DNA of 64,000 nucleotides from a virus (lineage: Duplodnaviria > Heunggongvirae > Uroviricota > Caudoviricetes): positions 64,001-128,000 of the IMG/VR virus record IMGVR_UViG_3300036770_004943. One strand, given 5' to 3'. The notes below the pieces were generated by a model. The model had not been told where the DNA came from. It did not search any database and saw only the letters and a list, made by a program, of their open reading frames with translations. Below are positions 1-9,693 of the stretch, piece by piece. How positions within the stretch are numbered: the stretch's first letter is position 1; every line of letters starts with the position of its first letter. Position numbers and translations under genes: made by a program.

Positions 1-99
1 TGTAAGAAACCCAATTATTAAAGTGATTGAAGATATTTTTGACCAAATCGAAGAGGATAAAAATAATAATAATAACGGAAAAAAATTATTAAAAGATTA

Positions 100-768
100 A
101 TGAAAATAGGTGTTTCAATTAACGGGGTGTTAAGAGATTTTTTTGGTAGGATTGAAAAAATTCATACAAAATATTTTAACCCAGAAGACGGACAAGAGGT
201 CCAAGTAAAAGATTACGATTTAGAAAAATGGGTTTGGTTTCCTAAAGAAGAGATTGTTAGACAAGAAATGGAATTTAACCCTAATTTTAATGAAAAAGAA
301 TTTTTAGCGGATAATAATTCAGACAACCAATTAGTAGAAGTTAAAGACGATGAAATAACTGTTGAGGATTTTGTATATGACAAATGTTGTCTTGAAATTT
401 TTGGGTATGCGGATGAGGTACTTGACGGTGTTGTACAATCTATAAATGATTTGGAGTTACACCTTAAAATGATTGGTAAGGAGTGTGAAATTATTATTAC
501 AAGTCGTGAAGCTGGTCGTAGTGTTCCAGCAACTTTATTTTTTTTATCTAAAACCGGGTGTATGATTCAAGACATTAAATTCACAATGGGTACTACAGAT
601 TGTTGGCAATTTGCTGACATTATGATAACCGACCACCCTGAAATTATAAATTCAAAACCTGAAGGTAAAAAAGTTGTGAAAATAGAAAAACCTTTTAACC
701 AAGAAATTCCGGCTGATTATACAGTTAAAAGTGTAAAAGAATTAGTTGGTTTAGAGTTGTTTAATTAA
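100..768 (+). CDS. HAD-superfamily 5'(3')-nucleotidase-like protein, catalytic motif degenerate
   Basis: N-terminal KIGVSINGVLRD matches the xIxxDxDGVLxD HAD motif I with both Asp residues replaced; late MITDHP resembles the LIDD motif. Confidence 0.55.
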   Translation: MKIGVSINGVLRDFFGRIEKIHTKYFNPEDGQEVQVKDYDLEKWVWFPKEEIVRQEMEFNPNFNEKEFLADNNSDNQLVEVKDDEITVEDFVYDKCCLEIFGYADEVLDGVVQSINDLELHLKMIGKECEIIITSREAGRSVPATLFFLSKTGCMIQDIKFTMGTTDCWQFADIMITDHPEIINSKPEGKKVVKIEKPFNQEIPADYTVKSVKELVGLELFN

Positions 769-804
769 GGTTTACTTATAAAGTTTCTTATTTAAAATTA
801 TAAT

Positions 805-1188
805 ATGAGATACAAAAAAGAAGAACCTTCAGAATTTTTTAGTATTGCCGGTAGTCAATATTATTTTGATTTAGATGAATTAAGTCAATTCATTAGAATA
901 GAAAAAAATGAAACTGTTGACGATATCTTAGGTGAAACTAAATACGAAAAAAAAGATTCTAAAGAAAAATCTGAAGAATCTGAAGAATCGGAGGAAACCC
1001 CACTAGAGGGCCAAATAATTGATTTGACTAAATGGGAAACTATTAAAGTTATGATAGAATCCGTTTTAAGTGAAAATGGACCCGTAGATGAAGCTATGGG
1101 TAAAACCAAATTAGGGGAGCAACTATCAATACCTTTTAGATTATCCTTTAATACATTACTAAATTATAAAATAATAAAAGAACAATAA
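805..1188 (+). CDS. hypothetical protein
   Basis: Clean ORF, tightly coupled to the glycosyltransferase genes. Confidence 0.6.
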   Translation: MRYKKEEPSEFFSIAGSQYYFDLDELSQFIRIEKNETVDDILGETKYEKKDSKEKSEESEESEETPLEGQIIDLTKWETIKVMIESVLSENGPVDEAMGKTKLGEQLSIPFRLSFNTLLNYKIIKEQ

Positions 1189-1189
1189 T

Positions 1190-2263
1190 ATGGAAGATAA
1201 CATCAAAGACTTACTTAAAGACTCTATTTCTAAATTAGAGAAAAAAGAATTTAGAATATTCTTCTTTGTCATGGACACAAAGGGGAACGCAATTGCAAGT
1301 ATTGCCAATATTTATGAACATGTTAAAATTTTACGTGAATTAGGTTATGATGCACAAATTTTACACGAAAAAAACGACTACACTCCAATGGGTGCGGCTT
1401 TAGGTGATGGTTATGCAGAATTACCACACGTTTCAATTGAATCACAACAATTAAAAGTTAATACACACGATTTTATTGTGATTCCTGAAATTTTTTCCAA
1501 TGTCATGGAACAAACAGCTAAATTACCTAGTAAAAGAATTGTTTTATTACAATCTTACGATTATATATTTGAAATGTTAATACCTGGTAAAAATTGGTAT
1601 GAGTATGGAATTAAAACTGTTATTACCACTACTGAAAAACAAAAAAATTATGTAGAAAATCTGATGAGCAATAAAGTTCAAGCAGAAGTGATACCTGTAG
1701 GCATACCTGAATATTTTAAACCGTCAGATAAACCTAAAAAACCAATAATTGCTATATCAACTCGTGACCAAAGAGATTTAGTTAAACTTTATAAATCTTT
1801 TTACTTAAAATATCCTCATTTAAAATGGGTTTCTTTCAGGGATATGAAGGGTTTACCTAGAGAAGTTTTTGCCAAATCTTTAGCCGAATCATGTTTAGCA
1901 ATTTGGATGGATAGACCTTCGTCTTTTGGTACTTTTCCTATTGAGGCGATGAAATGTGATGTACCAGTATTGGGGTTAGTACCTGATATGATTCCTGAAT
2001 GGATGGGTGATAAAAACGGTTTGTGGACACAAGATCCTAACGCTATCGTAGATTTAGCAGCAAACTACTTTCAAGCTTGGTTAGAAGATGGTGAACCACA
2101 AGAACTTTACGATGAAATGTCAAAAACCAAAGAGTTATACACTTTAGAACAACAAAAAAATAAAACAATCGAGGTTTATGGAAAAATAATCCAAGAAAGA
2201 ATTGATGAATTAAAAGCCAATTTACCTTTAGAAGTTGAAAATAATATAGAAACCCAAAATTAA
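1190..2263 (+). CDS. glycosyltransferase, GT-B fold (GT4-like)
   Basis: SSFGTFPIEAMKCDVPV matches the E-x-FG-x-x-x-x-EAM-x-x-G-x-PV donor-binding motif. Confidence 0.7.
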   Translation: MEDNIKDLLKDSISKLEKKEFRIFFFVMDTKGNAIASIANIYEHVKILRELGYDAQILHEKNDYTPMGAALGDGYAELPHVSIESQQLKVNTHDFIVIPEIFSNVMEQTAKLPSKRIVLLQSYDYIFEMLIPGKNWYEYGIKTVITTTEKQKNYVENLMSNKVQAEVIPVGIPEYFKPSDKPKKPIIAISTRDQRDLVKLYKSFYLKYPHLKWVSFRDMKGLPREVFAKSLAESCLAIWMDRPSSFGTFPIEAMKCDVPVLGLVPDMIPEWMGDKNGLWTQDPNAIVDLAANYFQAWLEDGEPQELYDEMSKTKELYTLEQQKNKTIEVYGKIIQERIDELKANLPLEVENNIETQN

Positions 2264-2267
2264 TTAT

Positions 2268-3071
2268 ATGTCAGAAATTAAAACAAATATTACAGCAATA
2301 TTACCAATACATAAAATGGATGAAAATATTTCATCCTATTTAGAAAAAGCTTTGAAAAGTATTGAGTTACAAAAAGTTAAACCTGATGAGTTAATGATTG
2401 TAAAACCAAAAGATGTTATAGTTAACTTACCAGAAACTTCATTTAAAATAAATGTCATAGAAAATGACGGTGAAACTGATTTTTGTTCTCAAATTAACTT
2501 TGGTGTACAAAAAGTAGAGACAAAATATTTTAGTATTCTTGAGGTGGACGATGAATATTCTAAAATTTGGTTTGATAATGCAGTTAAGTATATAGAAGCT
2601 TATGATGAAGTTGATGTTTACTTACCTATAGTATTAGATGTTAACGTTGAAGGTAAATTTTTACACTTTACAAACGAACCTGTTTGGGCTAAAGATTTTT
2701 CTGATAAATTAGGTTTTTTAGATAATGACGCACTTTTAAACTTTCCAAACTTCCAACTTTCTGGTTCAGTAATTAAAGTTGAATCTTTTAAATCCGTTGG
2801 TGGTCTTAAACCAAGTATTAAATTACAATTTATTTATGAGTTTTTATTAAGAATGTCTTATTATGATAAAAAAATGATGACAATCCCTAAACTTGGTTAT
2901 AAGAAAACTAATATGAGACCAGATTCTTTATTTTTTAATTATTACAGTGTAGAGAATAATAGGATTGATGCTGTTGAGGCAAGATTTTGGTTTACTACCG
3001 CTAGAAAAGAATGTTATTTTAAAAACGATCGCGGAATAAAATTTGATAGAGAAAATGTGACACTTCAGTAA
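2268..3071 (+). CDS. glycosyltransferase, GT-A fold (GT2-like)
   Basis: ITAILPIH start, ALKSI..Q, INFGV..VETKYFSILEVDDEY (DxD-type motif), EFLLR. Confidence 0.65.
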   Translation: MSEIKTNITAILPIHKMDENISSYLEKALKSIELQKVKPDELMIVKPKDVIVNLPETSFKINVIENDGETDFCSQINFGVQKVETKYFSILEVDDEYSKIWFDNAVKYIEAYDEVDVYLPIVLDVNVEGKFLHFTNEPVWAKDFSDKLGFLDNDALLNFPNFQLSGSVIKVESFKSVGGLKPSIKLQFIYEFLLRMSYYDKKMMTIPKLGYKKTNMRPDSLFFNYYSVENNRIDAVEARFWFTTARKECYFKNDRGIKFDRENVTLQ

Positions 3072-3844
3072 TGTCAACCGAAAAAAAAAGAGGTAGAAAA
3101 CCACAAAAAGATCCTTATTTTGGTTTGGTGGAAGAAACTGCTGTTAAAGAGTTTTTATCATTGGGTGATTTAATTCAGGATCCTAATAGTTTGGAGGGTT
3201 TTAGATGGACAGGAACCACAAAAGAGGAATTTAGACGTAACGAAATTTATAAGTTACATCTACAAGCTCCATTAAACAAAATGATAGAAAGTATTATCAG
3301 AAGATATAAATTATACTCAAAAAATATGTCTTTTGAAGATTTACATTCTGATACACTTTCATTTTTAATGATAAAATTCCATAAATTTAAACCTTCTAAA
3401 GGTAAAAAATCTTACTCTTATTACGGTACCATTTGTAAACATTATCTTTTAGGTAAAATAATTAAAGACGATAAGAAATTAAAAACTTTAATATCTTATG
3501 AAGATGTGGCAAGTGATTTAGAAGAGAATGAAGAATATTCTTACGAAATAGATAATCATGATACAGATTTAAACTACCTTATAGAAGATGTTTGCAACTC
3601 CATTAAACAAGAATTAGAAAATAAAATTCTAACCGAAAATGAAATCAAAGTAGGAAATTCACTAATTTCGATACTAGAAAATTGGGAACGTGTTTTTGAA
3701 GGACGAGACTCAACAAATAAGTATAACAAAAATCTTATATTGTATTATATGAGAGAAATGACATCATTAAATACAAAAGATATAAGAAATGCGATGAAAC
3801 GTTATAAATCGATTTACAAATTTATAAAAGATGGTGGTTTTTAA
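3071..3844 (+). CDS. phage sigma factor (sigma70 region-2-like; probable late sigma)
   Basis: MIESIIRRY...FEDLHSDTLSFLMIKFHKFKPSKGKKSYSYYGTICKHYL parallels sigma70 regions 2.1-2.4 (KFDPxKGxKFSTYA); lies directly upstream of the late structural genes. Confidence 0.7.
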   Translation: MSTEKKRGRKPQKDPYFGLVEETAVKEFLSLGDLIQDPNSLEGFRWTGTTKEEFRRNEIYKLHLQAPLNKMIESIIRRYKLYSKNMSFEDLHSDTLSFLMIKFHKFKPSKGKKSYSYYGTICKHYLLGKIIKDDKKLKTLISYEDVASDLEENEEYSYEIDNHDTDLNYLIEDVCNSIKQELENKILTENEIKVGNSLISILENWERVFEGRDSTNKYNKNLILYYMREMTSLNTKDIRNAMKRYKSIYKFIKDGGF

Positions 3845-3876
3845 AAACCACCATTTTGATATTTATAAGTAAAAAC

Positions 3877-4269
3877 ATGGCTAGACCGAAAAAAAAAGAT
3901 ATTAGATTAACAACCGATAGTTTTTTGTCTTTAACACAAGAAGCTTATAATGAATTAGTGGAACAAAGAAGTACTTGCATTAGAACTATTAATGAAAACA
4001 AATCCAAAGTTAATGTTGAGGATATGCATGATTTAGCTAATCTAAATAAAGCTAACACAGATTTATTAAAAATAGTGGATACTACTATAGATAAAAAAAT
4101 CACTTTGGTTAAATTAATGGGTCAATTAATTTTTAAACCAGGTACGGGTGACGGTGATAGTAGTAACGGTAATATCACACCAGAAGATATGGCATTATTA
4201 AGGGATATTTTTAAATCGGAAGATAACAAAGAAAACGGTGACGATAAAAAAGAATATAAGATTAAATAA
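3877..4269 (+). CDS. late hypothetical protein (start corrected to MARPKK)
   Basis: ATG at 3877 follows the late motif GATATTTATA (3858-3867) and an A-rich spacer. Confidence 0.6.
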   Translation: MARPKKKDIRLTTDSFLSLTQEAYNELVEQRSTCIRTINENKSKVNVEDMHDLANLNKANTDLLKIVDTTIDKKITLVKLMGQLIFKPGTGDGDSSNGNITPEDMALLRDIFKSEDNKENGDDKKEYKIK

Positions 4270-5765
4270 TGGGGTTTATTGACGACAAAATACAGACAGT
4301 AAACAGTGTTGCATTATTTGAGGTTTTAAATAACTTACCTAAAAGTAGATCTACGTCTTCTTTAGAGTCTGTTATTTCTAAAAATAAAAATTTATTACCC
4401 TTTTTAATTGATTTATTGAGTGTTGTCTGTAAAGATAACACGAAAAATCCGAAAGATAGGGGTAGATGTGAGGCCACAAGAATTTTACTAGAAATATTAG
4501 TAGAATATTTTCCGGTGTTATTAAAAATACTTAAAGAAGGGTTAGCTAAAGCAATAAAGGCTGGTCTAGCCTGTGGTACCGATTTTACATTACCAACCTT
4601 TAATGTGAAATTTAAAATAAATTTAAAAAATTTAGATTTTAATAAACTTTTAAAAACAAACCCATTAAGTGAAGCTGGATCAACTTTTTACGGTAAAAAT
4701 GCTACAACGGATTTAAATTGGTTTTTAAATAATTTGATACAAAATAATGGCTCTGGTACGTGGAAAAACATAGTTGATTTTAATTATAATCAGACCAGCC
4801 AAGAAATGGAGGTTGGTATTAATCAAAGTTATGCTACAAGTGGTGGTGGAAAAACTTTTGATGGTTTTATTTTAGACTACATCAACTCAATAGAATTAAT
4901 TACTTTAGAACAATTCACCGCAAGATTAACTGATAAATTAACTGGTGTATTAATGGCTAATGTTGGATCTAGTTTGGACCAAATTTTATCTATGGAGCAG
5001 GTTAACAAATTACAGGATAGAATCAATAATAGTGATCCTTGTAAGGAAGACTATCAAATAGATGAAAGTTATTTTCAGTTTTCAAACGATGAAATGTTAG
5101 AAATGGAAAACATTGCCAACCAAAAATCTAAAGGTGTTGTCATGTTAAATCTAGGTTGTGGTATGGTAGAATCTACAGTACCATTGGAGATTGTCAAAGA
5201 AGTTTTTGATGAAATAAGAAACACACCACCATCTAAAGTTAATGTAGTTATAGAAAAATCTTTAACAACATTAAATGATAATTTAACATCGAATGTGGGT
5301 GAAGAGGATAAAAAAATAGCTAAATTATCCTTAAATACTAAATTTATAGAGTCAATACCAAAAATATTAACTGATATTGTTTTAGAACCTAAATTGGTTA
5401 TTTTATATCAGTTAGCCTCTAAATTAGTAAACGGACCTTTAAACCCATCAACACCAGCAGTCGGTTTAGGTGCTCCAGTAAATATTGATATAAGCCCTAA
5501 AATAGTAGTACCGGACGGTTTTAACTATGCAAAAGCGACCAGTGTATTTTTTGAATTTGTTGTTAGGGAATCCTTGGCAGCTTTATTAGAAATAATATTT
5601 AAACAAGTTAAAGAAGAAATTTTAAAATTAGTTTCAGATTTAGTCGTTAAAATAACTAAAGAACAGGCTAATAAAAAAATAAAAGCATTAACATTTTTAA
5701 CTGGTGGTCTTGTTGGTGGGTTATTATCTGCCGTACCAACACCAGATACGTCTAAATTCAATTAA
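4269..5765 (+). CDS. putative virion structural protein (baseplate/tail cluster)
   Basis: Long ORF in the late operon upstream of the gp5-like gene; no motif recognised. Confidence 0.45.
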   Translation: MGFIDDKIQTVNSVALFEVLNNLPKSRSTSSLESVISKNKNLLPFLIDLLSVVCKDNTKNPKDRGRCEATRILLEILVEYFPVLLKILKEGLAKAIKAGLACGTDFTLPTFNVKFKINLKNLDFNKLLKTNPLSEAGSTFYGKNATTDLNWFLNNLIQNNGSGTWKNIVDFNYNQTSQEMEVGINQSYATSGGGKTFDGFILDYINSIELITLEQFTARLTDKLTGVLMANVGSSLDQILSMEQVNKLQDRINNSDPCKEDYQIDESYFQFSNDEMLEMENIANQKSKGVVMLNLGCGMVESTVPLEIVKEVFDEIRNTPPSKVNVVIEKSLTTLNDNLTSNVGEEDKKIAKLSLNTKFIESIPKILTDIVLEPKLVILYQLASKLVNGPLNPSTPAVGLGAPVNIDISPKIVVPDGFNYAKATSVFFEFVVRESLAALLEIIFKQVKEEILKLVSDLVVKITKEQANKKIKALTFLTGGLVGGLLSAVPTPDTSKFN

Positions 5766-5767
5766 TT

Positions 5768-6199
5768 ATGTCAAAATGTAAAGAAACAAACCCTAATAAA
5801 ACTGATTTTAAAAACCCTAACTCTATTTTAAAATCACTACTTAATTTACTTAAATTAAGACCAAGTAATACCAGTACCACTATACCGGCAGAACTTTTAT
5901 TAGGTGCTAGATGTGGTAGTTTTAATTCTTCAGAAATAGCTGCAAGAATAATACAAAGACAAGCCGAAGCTGGTATACCAGTAGGACCACTACCAAGTGG
6001 TGAGATATCACCTGATGAAATTATGGAAAGAATTAGAGTTGAAGAAATGGTGGAAGCTATCAGTACAAAATTAGTTATGCAAGTCGCGATACAACCTGGT
6101 GCCGCACTACAAGGTACAGGTGGTAATGCCGGAGGACCAGTTCAAGTTGCTGGTACAGTAATCGGTATCGCTAAAGGTAAAGCTATGGTTTGTAATTAA
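5768..6199 (+). CDS. putative baseplate-associated protein
   Basis: Gly-rich C-terminus (GTGGNAGGPVQVAGTV); late operon context. Confidence 0.4.
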   Translation: MSKCKETNPNKTDFKNPNSILKSLLNLLKLRPSNTSTTIPAELLLGARCGSFNSSEIAARIIQRQAEAGIPVGPLPSGEISPDEIMERIRVEEMVEAISTKLVMQVAIQPGAALQGTGGNAGGPVQVAGTVIGIAKGKAMVCN

Positions 6200-6204
6200 A
6201 AATT

Positions 6205-6387
6205 ATGGAAAATATTAAAAATAAATCAAACACAGAGTTAACAAAAATTCAAAAAGAGTTATCTGAAGAATTTGAAAAAGTTCGTAAAGATTTAATAAAA
6301 ATTTACGATTATTGGGTGTCTTTGGAAAAAAGATATAATGAAATAACAAACGAGTTAAACGATAGATTCGGTATTAATAATAAATAA
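6205..6387 (+). CDS. small coiled-coil hypothetical protein
   Basis: Heptad-like pattern; coupled to flanking genes. Confidence 0.5.
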   Translation: MENIKNKSNTELTKIQKELSEEFEKVRKDLIKIYDYWVSLEKRYNEITNELNDRFGINNK

Positions 6388-7490
6388 TGGCTGACAATAG
6401 AAGATACGACTTAGGTTACGGTGATTTAACATCAGATAAAAAAAGTTTTGAGTTATGGCATTATGGTATTGTTGTAGATGTTAATGATCCTTTTGATGCC
6501 GGTAGAATAAAAGTTAGGATATTTCCTTTGGATAATGATGTACCGTTATTTAATAACGCCAATCCGAAATCTTTAACTTTAGAAAATGAGTTAAATGATT
6601 TACCATGGTGTGAACCATTATTACCCAAATACATAAATGTAGTACCTAAAGTAGGGGAAATGGTTAAAATCATTACCTTTGATTATCGTAATAAAAAAAT
6701 TAGGAGACAATATATAGGTCCTGTAATCGGTCAACAAACCCCTAGTGATTTATTAAATTCTAACTATAACGATGCTAAACTTAGAGTTGAAAATAAGGCA
6801 TATACTTCTAGTTGGACCCAAAATGTCGAAGCTTCTGATGGGGATTGGAAAATTTACCCTAATAAAGAAGATGTTGCCGTTCTTGGTCGTAAAAATACTG
6901 ATTTTATATTAAGAGATGCTAGTTATTATGATGAAATTTTATTAAGAACTGGGAAAATAGATCCCAATAGTTTAGGTAAAAACAATAATAATAATTTATC
7001 ACCTTTTATTTTAAACAAAAAAAACCCTGGTTATGTATCCATAAATTTTACCCAATCAAGTGCTTTAAAAAATTCAAACAACTCTGAATTAAAAAAATTA
7101 AATTTACAAAATGATAGGTCACATGTTAATATAGTCGCTGATAAAGTAAATTTAATTAGTCATGAAGGATCATCAAAAAAAGGTTTTACAAGAACTATAT
7201 TAAAAGGTGAGGATATTTTAAATCAGATAAAAACTGAAAATGAAAAACTACACCCAATAGCTTACGGTGATGTTTTATGGGAATTTTTAAATGTTTTAAG
7301 ACCGTATATAGAGGGTCATATACACAAAGCTTCTAGAAGAGAACCAGATGGTGATATATCTAAAAATAATTTAATAAAGTGGTTTAATGAAAATATGGGT
7401 ACTGAAGTTTCTAAAGTTAACCCTGACGGTACAAATTATAAAACTATAGAAGGTTGTAGATTCTTAAGTAAAGGCGTAAAAACTAACTAA
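6387..7490 (+). CDS. baseplate hub/spike protein, gp5/gpV-like N-terminal OB fold
   Basis: YGIVVDVNDPFDAGRIKVRI...LPWCEPLLP...VPKVGEMV is the typical gp5-N/gpV motif set; C-terminal HIH. Confidence 0.65.
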   Translation: MADNRRYDLGYGDLTSDKKSFELWHYGIVVDVNDPFDAGRIKVRIFPLDNDVPLFNNANPKSLTLENELNDLPWCEPLLPKYINVVPKVGEMVKIITFDYRNKKIRRQYIGPVIGQQTPSDLLNSNYNDAKLRVENKAYTSSWTQNVEASDGDWKIYPNKEDVAVLGRKNTDFILRDASYYDEILLRTGKIDPNSLGKNNNNNLSPFILNKKNPGYVSINFTQSSALKNSNNSELKKLNLQNDRSHVNIVADKVNLISHEGSSKKGFTRTILKGEDILNQIKTENEKLHPIAYGDVLWEFLNVLRPYIEGHIHKASRREPDGDISKNNLIKWFNENMGTEVSKVNPDGTNYKTIEGCRFLSKGVKTN

Positions 7491-7518
7491 TTAGATATAT
7501 TTATAGTAAAAAGAATTA

Positions 7519-9090
7519 ATGGGAATTTTACGCACATACTTTTCTAAAGACAATACAATTATTAAAAATTCTTACGTAAATACGGGTAGGAACCCTATTG
7601 TAGAATTATTTCATGGGGGCTCACTAAACCCCAACGAGGTTAAATACTCAAGGTATATATTTGATTTAAATTTTGATGGTATCTTAAATAAAATAAATAC
7701 TAAGGCAGCGTCTTTAGATAAGATGACCCATACTTTAAAAATCACCAATACTTCTACCTTTGATGAACCACAATTTTGTAAAACAGTGGACTCTTGTATT
7801 GGTGAAATTAAAAGGGCGACTTGTTTTGATTTAATACTGTTTGAAGTCCCTGAAGAGTGGTGCGAAGGTAATGGGTATGATTACACACCTGTAAAAATTG
7901 CTTGTTCAGATAGTGATAAAACATACTGTGAAGGACCTTCTAATTGGTTTCAAAGAGAAAGTGTTATTAGTTGTTGGTCAAATAGTGGTATATATTCAGA
8001 CCCAACAAATTGGTGTGGTTACTCCGGTTCTTCTAGTGGTATGACAGGTAATACTATTTGTACTGGTGGTACTAATTTAATTATAGCCACACAACACTTT
8101 GACCATGGTGATGAAAATATATGTCTTGATATCACAGAATATATTAACGGTCTTATATTAAGTGGATATACGGGTTTAACATATGGTTTAGGGTTAGCCT
8201 TTGATTATCCATTAGAAATTGCTCCATTAGAGGATGCAGAATACGTTGGTTTTTTTGGTAGGGAAACAAATACTGTTTATGAACCATTTCTTGAAACCGT
8301 GTGGGACGATACAATTAAAGATGATAGAGATAGTTTTTACTATAATAAGGAAAATAACCTTTGTTTATATGTTAACGCAGGAGGTGAAGCAACAAACGCA
8401 AATTTTAGTGGTGTAACAATATACGACCAAAACGATAATGTATATTTAACAATACCACCTTCAGGCATCACCCAAGTAACTACAGGTGTTTATTGTGTTA
8501 AAGTACAGGTTGATGAGGACCCAAATTTAGGATATTGTAATGAATTACAATTTAGAGATGTATGGAACGATGTTACTATAGGAACTAAAAATTTAGGTGA
8601 TATTGAACTTGAATTTGTGATTTTAGACGATTCGGGTTATTACAGTATTGGTGGTTCTGGTAGTGCAAAATCAAACGGTTTAGGTGTTGGTAGCTCAAAT
8701 AACATATCAATTTATGAATACGATTTTAATATCACTGGTATTAAATATAAAGAAAAAATTAAAAGAGGTGACACCAGAAGGGTTAATATAAATGTACGGG
8801 TACCTTATACTTTTGATAAAACAGCTCAATTGGATAAAGTTTATTATAGAATTTTTATTAAAGAAAGTGGGAGTTATCAAATTGATTATATTGATTGGCA
8901 AGAAATTAGTAGAACACCTGATGGTAACTTTTTTATTGTAGATACCTCTTGGTTTATACCAAACGACTATTTTGTTGAAATTAAAATTGTGTCAGGTAAT
9001 GAAGTTAAAACTTCACCAACAATAATACCTTTCACTATTGTTTCTGAAGAAGATTGGTGTAAATCTTATGGATTAGATTACTTCCCTTAA
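7519..9090 (+). CDS. Cys-rich putative virion structural protein
   Basis: Own late motif (TATTTATA 7498-7505); beta-rich, with many Cys and SG/TG motifs. Confidence 0.5.
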   Translation: MGILRTYFSKDNTIIKNSYVNTGRNPIVELFHGGSLNPNEVKYSRYIFDLNFDGILNKINTKAASLDKMTHTLKITNTSTFDEPQFCKTVDSCIGEIKRATCFDLILFEVPEEWCEGNGYDYTPVKIACSDSDKTYCEGPSNWFQRESVISCWSNSGIYSDPTNWCGYSGSSSGMTGNTICTGGTNLIIATQHFDHGDENICLDITEYINGLILSGYTGLTYGLGLAFDYPLEIAPLEDAEYVGFFGRETNTVYEPFLETVWDDTIKDDRDSFYYNKENNLCLYVNAGGEATNANFSGVTIYDQNDNVYLTIPPSGITQVTTGVYCVKVQVDEDPNLGYCNELQFRDVWNDVTIGTKNLGDIELEFVILDDSGYYSIGGSGSAKSNGLGVGSSNNISIYEYDFNITGIKYKEKIKRGDTRRVNINVRVPYTFDKTAQLDKVYYRIFIKESGSYQIDYIDWQEISRTPDGNFFIVDTSWFIPNDYFVEIKIVSGNEVKTSPTIIPFTIVSEEDWCKSYGLDYFP

Positions 9091-9094
9091 ATAA

Positions 9095-9126
9095 ATAAAC
9101 CCCGAAATTTCGGGGTTTATTTTTTT
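9095..9126. terminator. bidirectional intrinsic terminator
   Basis: ataaaccccgaa/ttcggggtttat inverted repeat between convergent genes, with A and T tracts. Confidence 0.8.
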
Positions 9127-9147
9127 ACATACATTTTCTCAAAATCC

Positions 9148-9576
9148 TTATGCGTAGTAACGACCTTCTTTACTAGCTTTCATATGATCGATATGTCTTT
9201 GTCTTTGTTTTTGTTTCATATATGACATATGGTCTTGTTTACTTTTTTGTTGAACAAAAGTACCGATAGTTTCTTTTGATTTACGAACCTTATCTTCTAA
9301 CTTTGTAAAGTCATTTACAATACCGTCAATTTCTTTAGAATAACCATCTTTACCGGTTAATTTGGAATTACATAAATCCTCAAAAGCCATTTTAGCTTGT
9401 TGAATTGCTCTAACAATCTCATCAACTGTAGATAACTCACCGTTATTGGTTTTAAGTAATACAAGTGATTTCCCTTTTGGTTCAGCTGGTTGAGCCTTCA
9501 TTTGGGTATCATCTTCACGGATAATTTTTTTAACTAAGTTTTCTATATCGTTCTCATTAAGTCTAACTACTTTCAT
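9148..9576 (-). CDS. late hypothetical protein with IRE-type leader
   Basis: MKVVRLNENDIENLVKKIIRE; late motif at 9591-9600. Confidence 0.65.
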   Translation of the reverse strand: MKVVRLNENDIENLVKKIIREDDTQMKAQPAEPKGKSLVLLKTNNGELSTVDEIVRAIQQAKMAFEDLCNSKLTGKDGYSKEIDGIVNDFTKLEDKVRKSKETIGTFVQQKSKQDHMSYMKQKQRQRHIDHMKASKEGRYYA

Positions 9577-9651
9577 AATTACATTTTCTATATAAATATC
9601 TCACAATTAAATAAAATATCAATATATGTTGACGGATTAAAACAAAAAGAT

Positions 9652-9659
9652 TATCTTTG
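9652..9659 (+). promoter_or_regulatory. Bacteroidota-type -7 promoter element (TATCTTTG)
   Basis: TAnnTTTG with a GTTG element 20 nt upstream, ahead of ORF 9694. Confidence 0.65.
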
Positions 9660-9693
9660 TATAGTTATTAATCAAAATAGATTGTTTTAAAAT

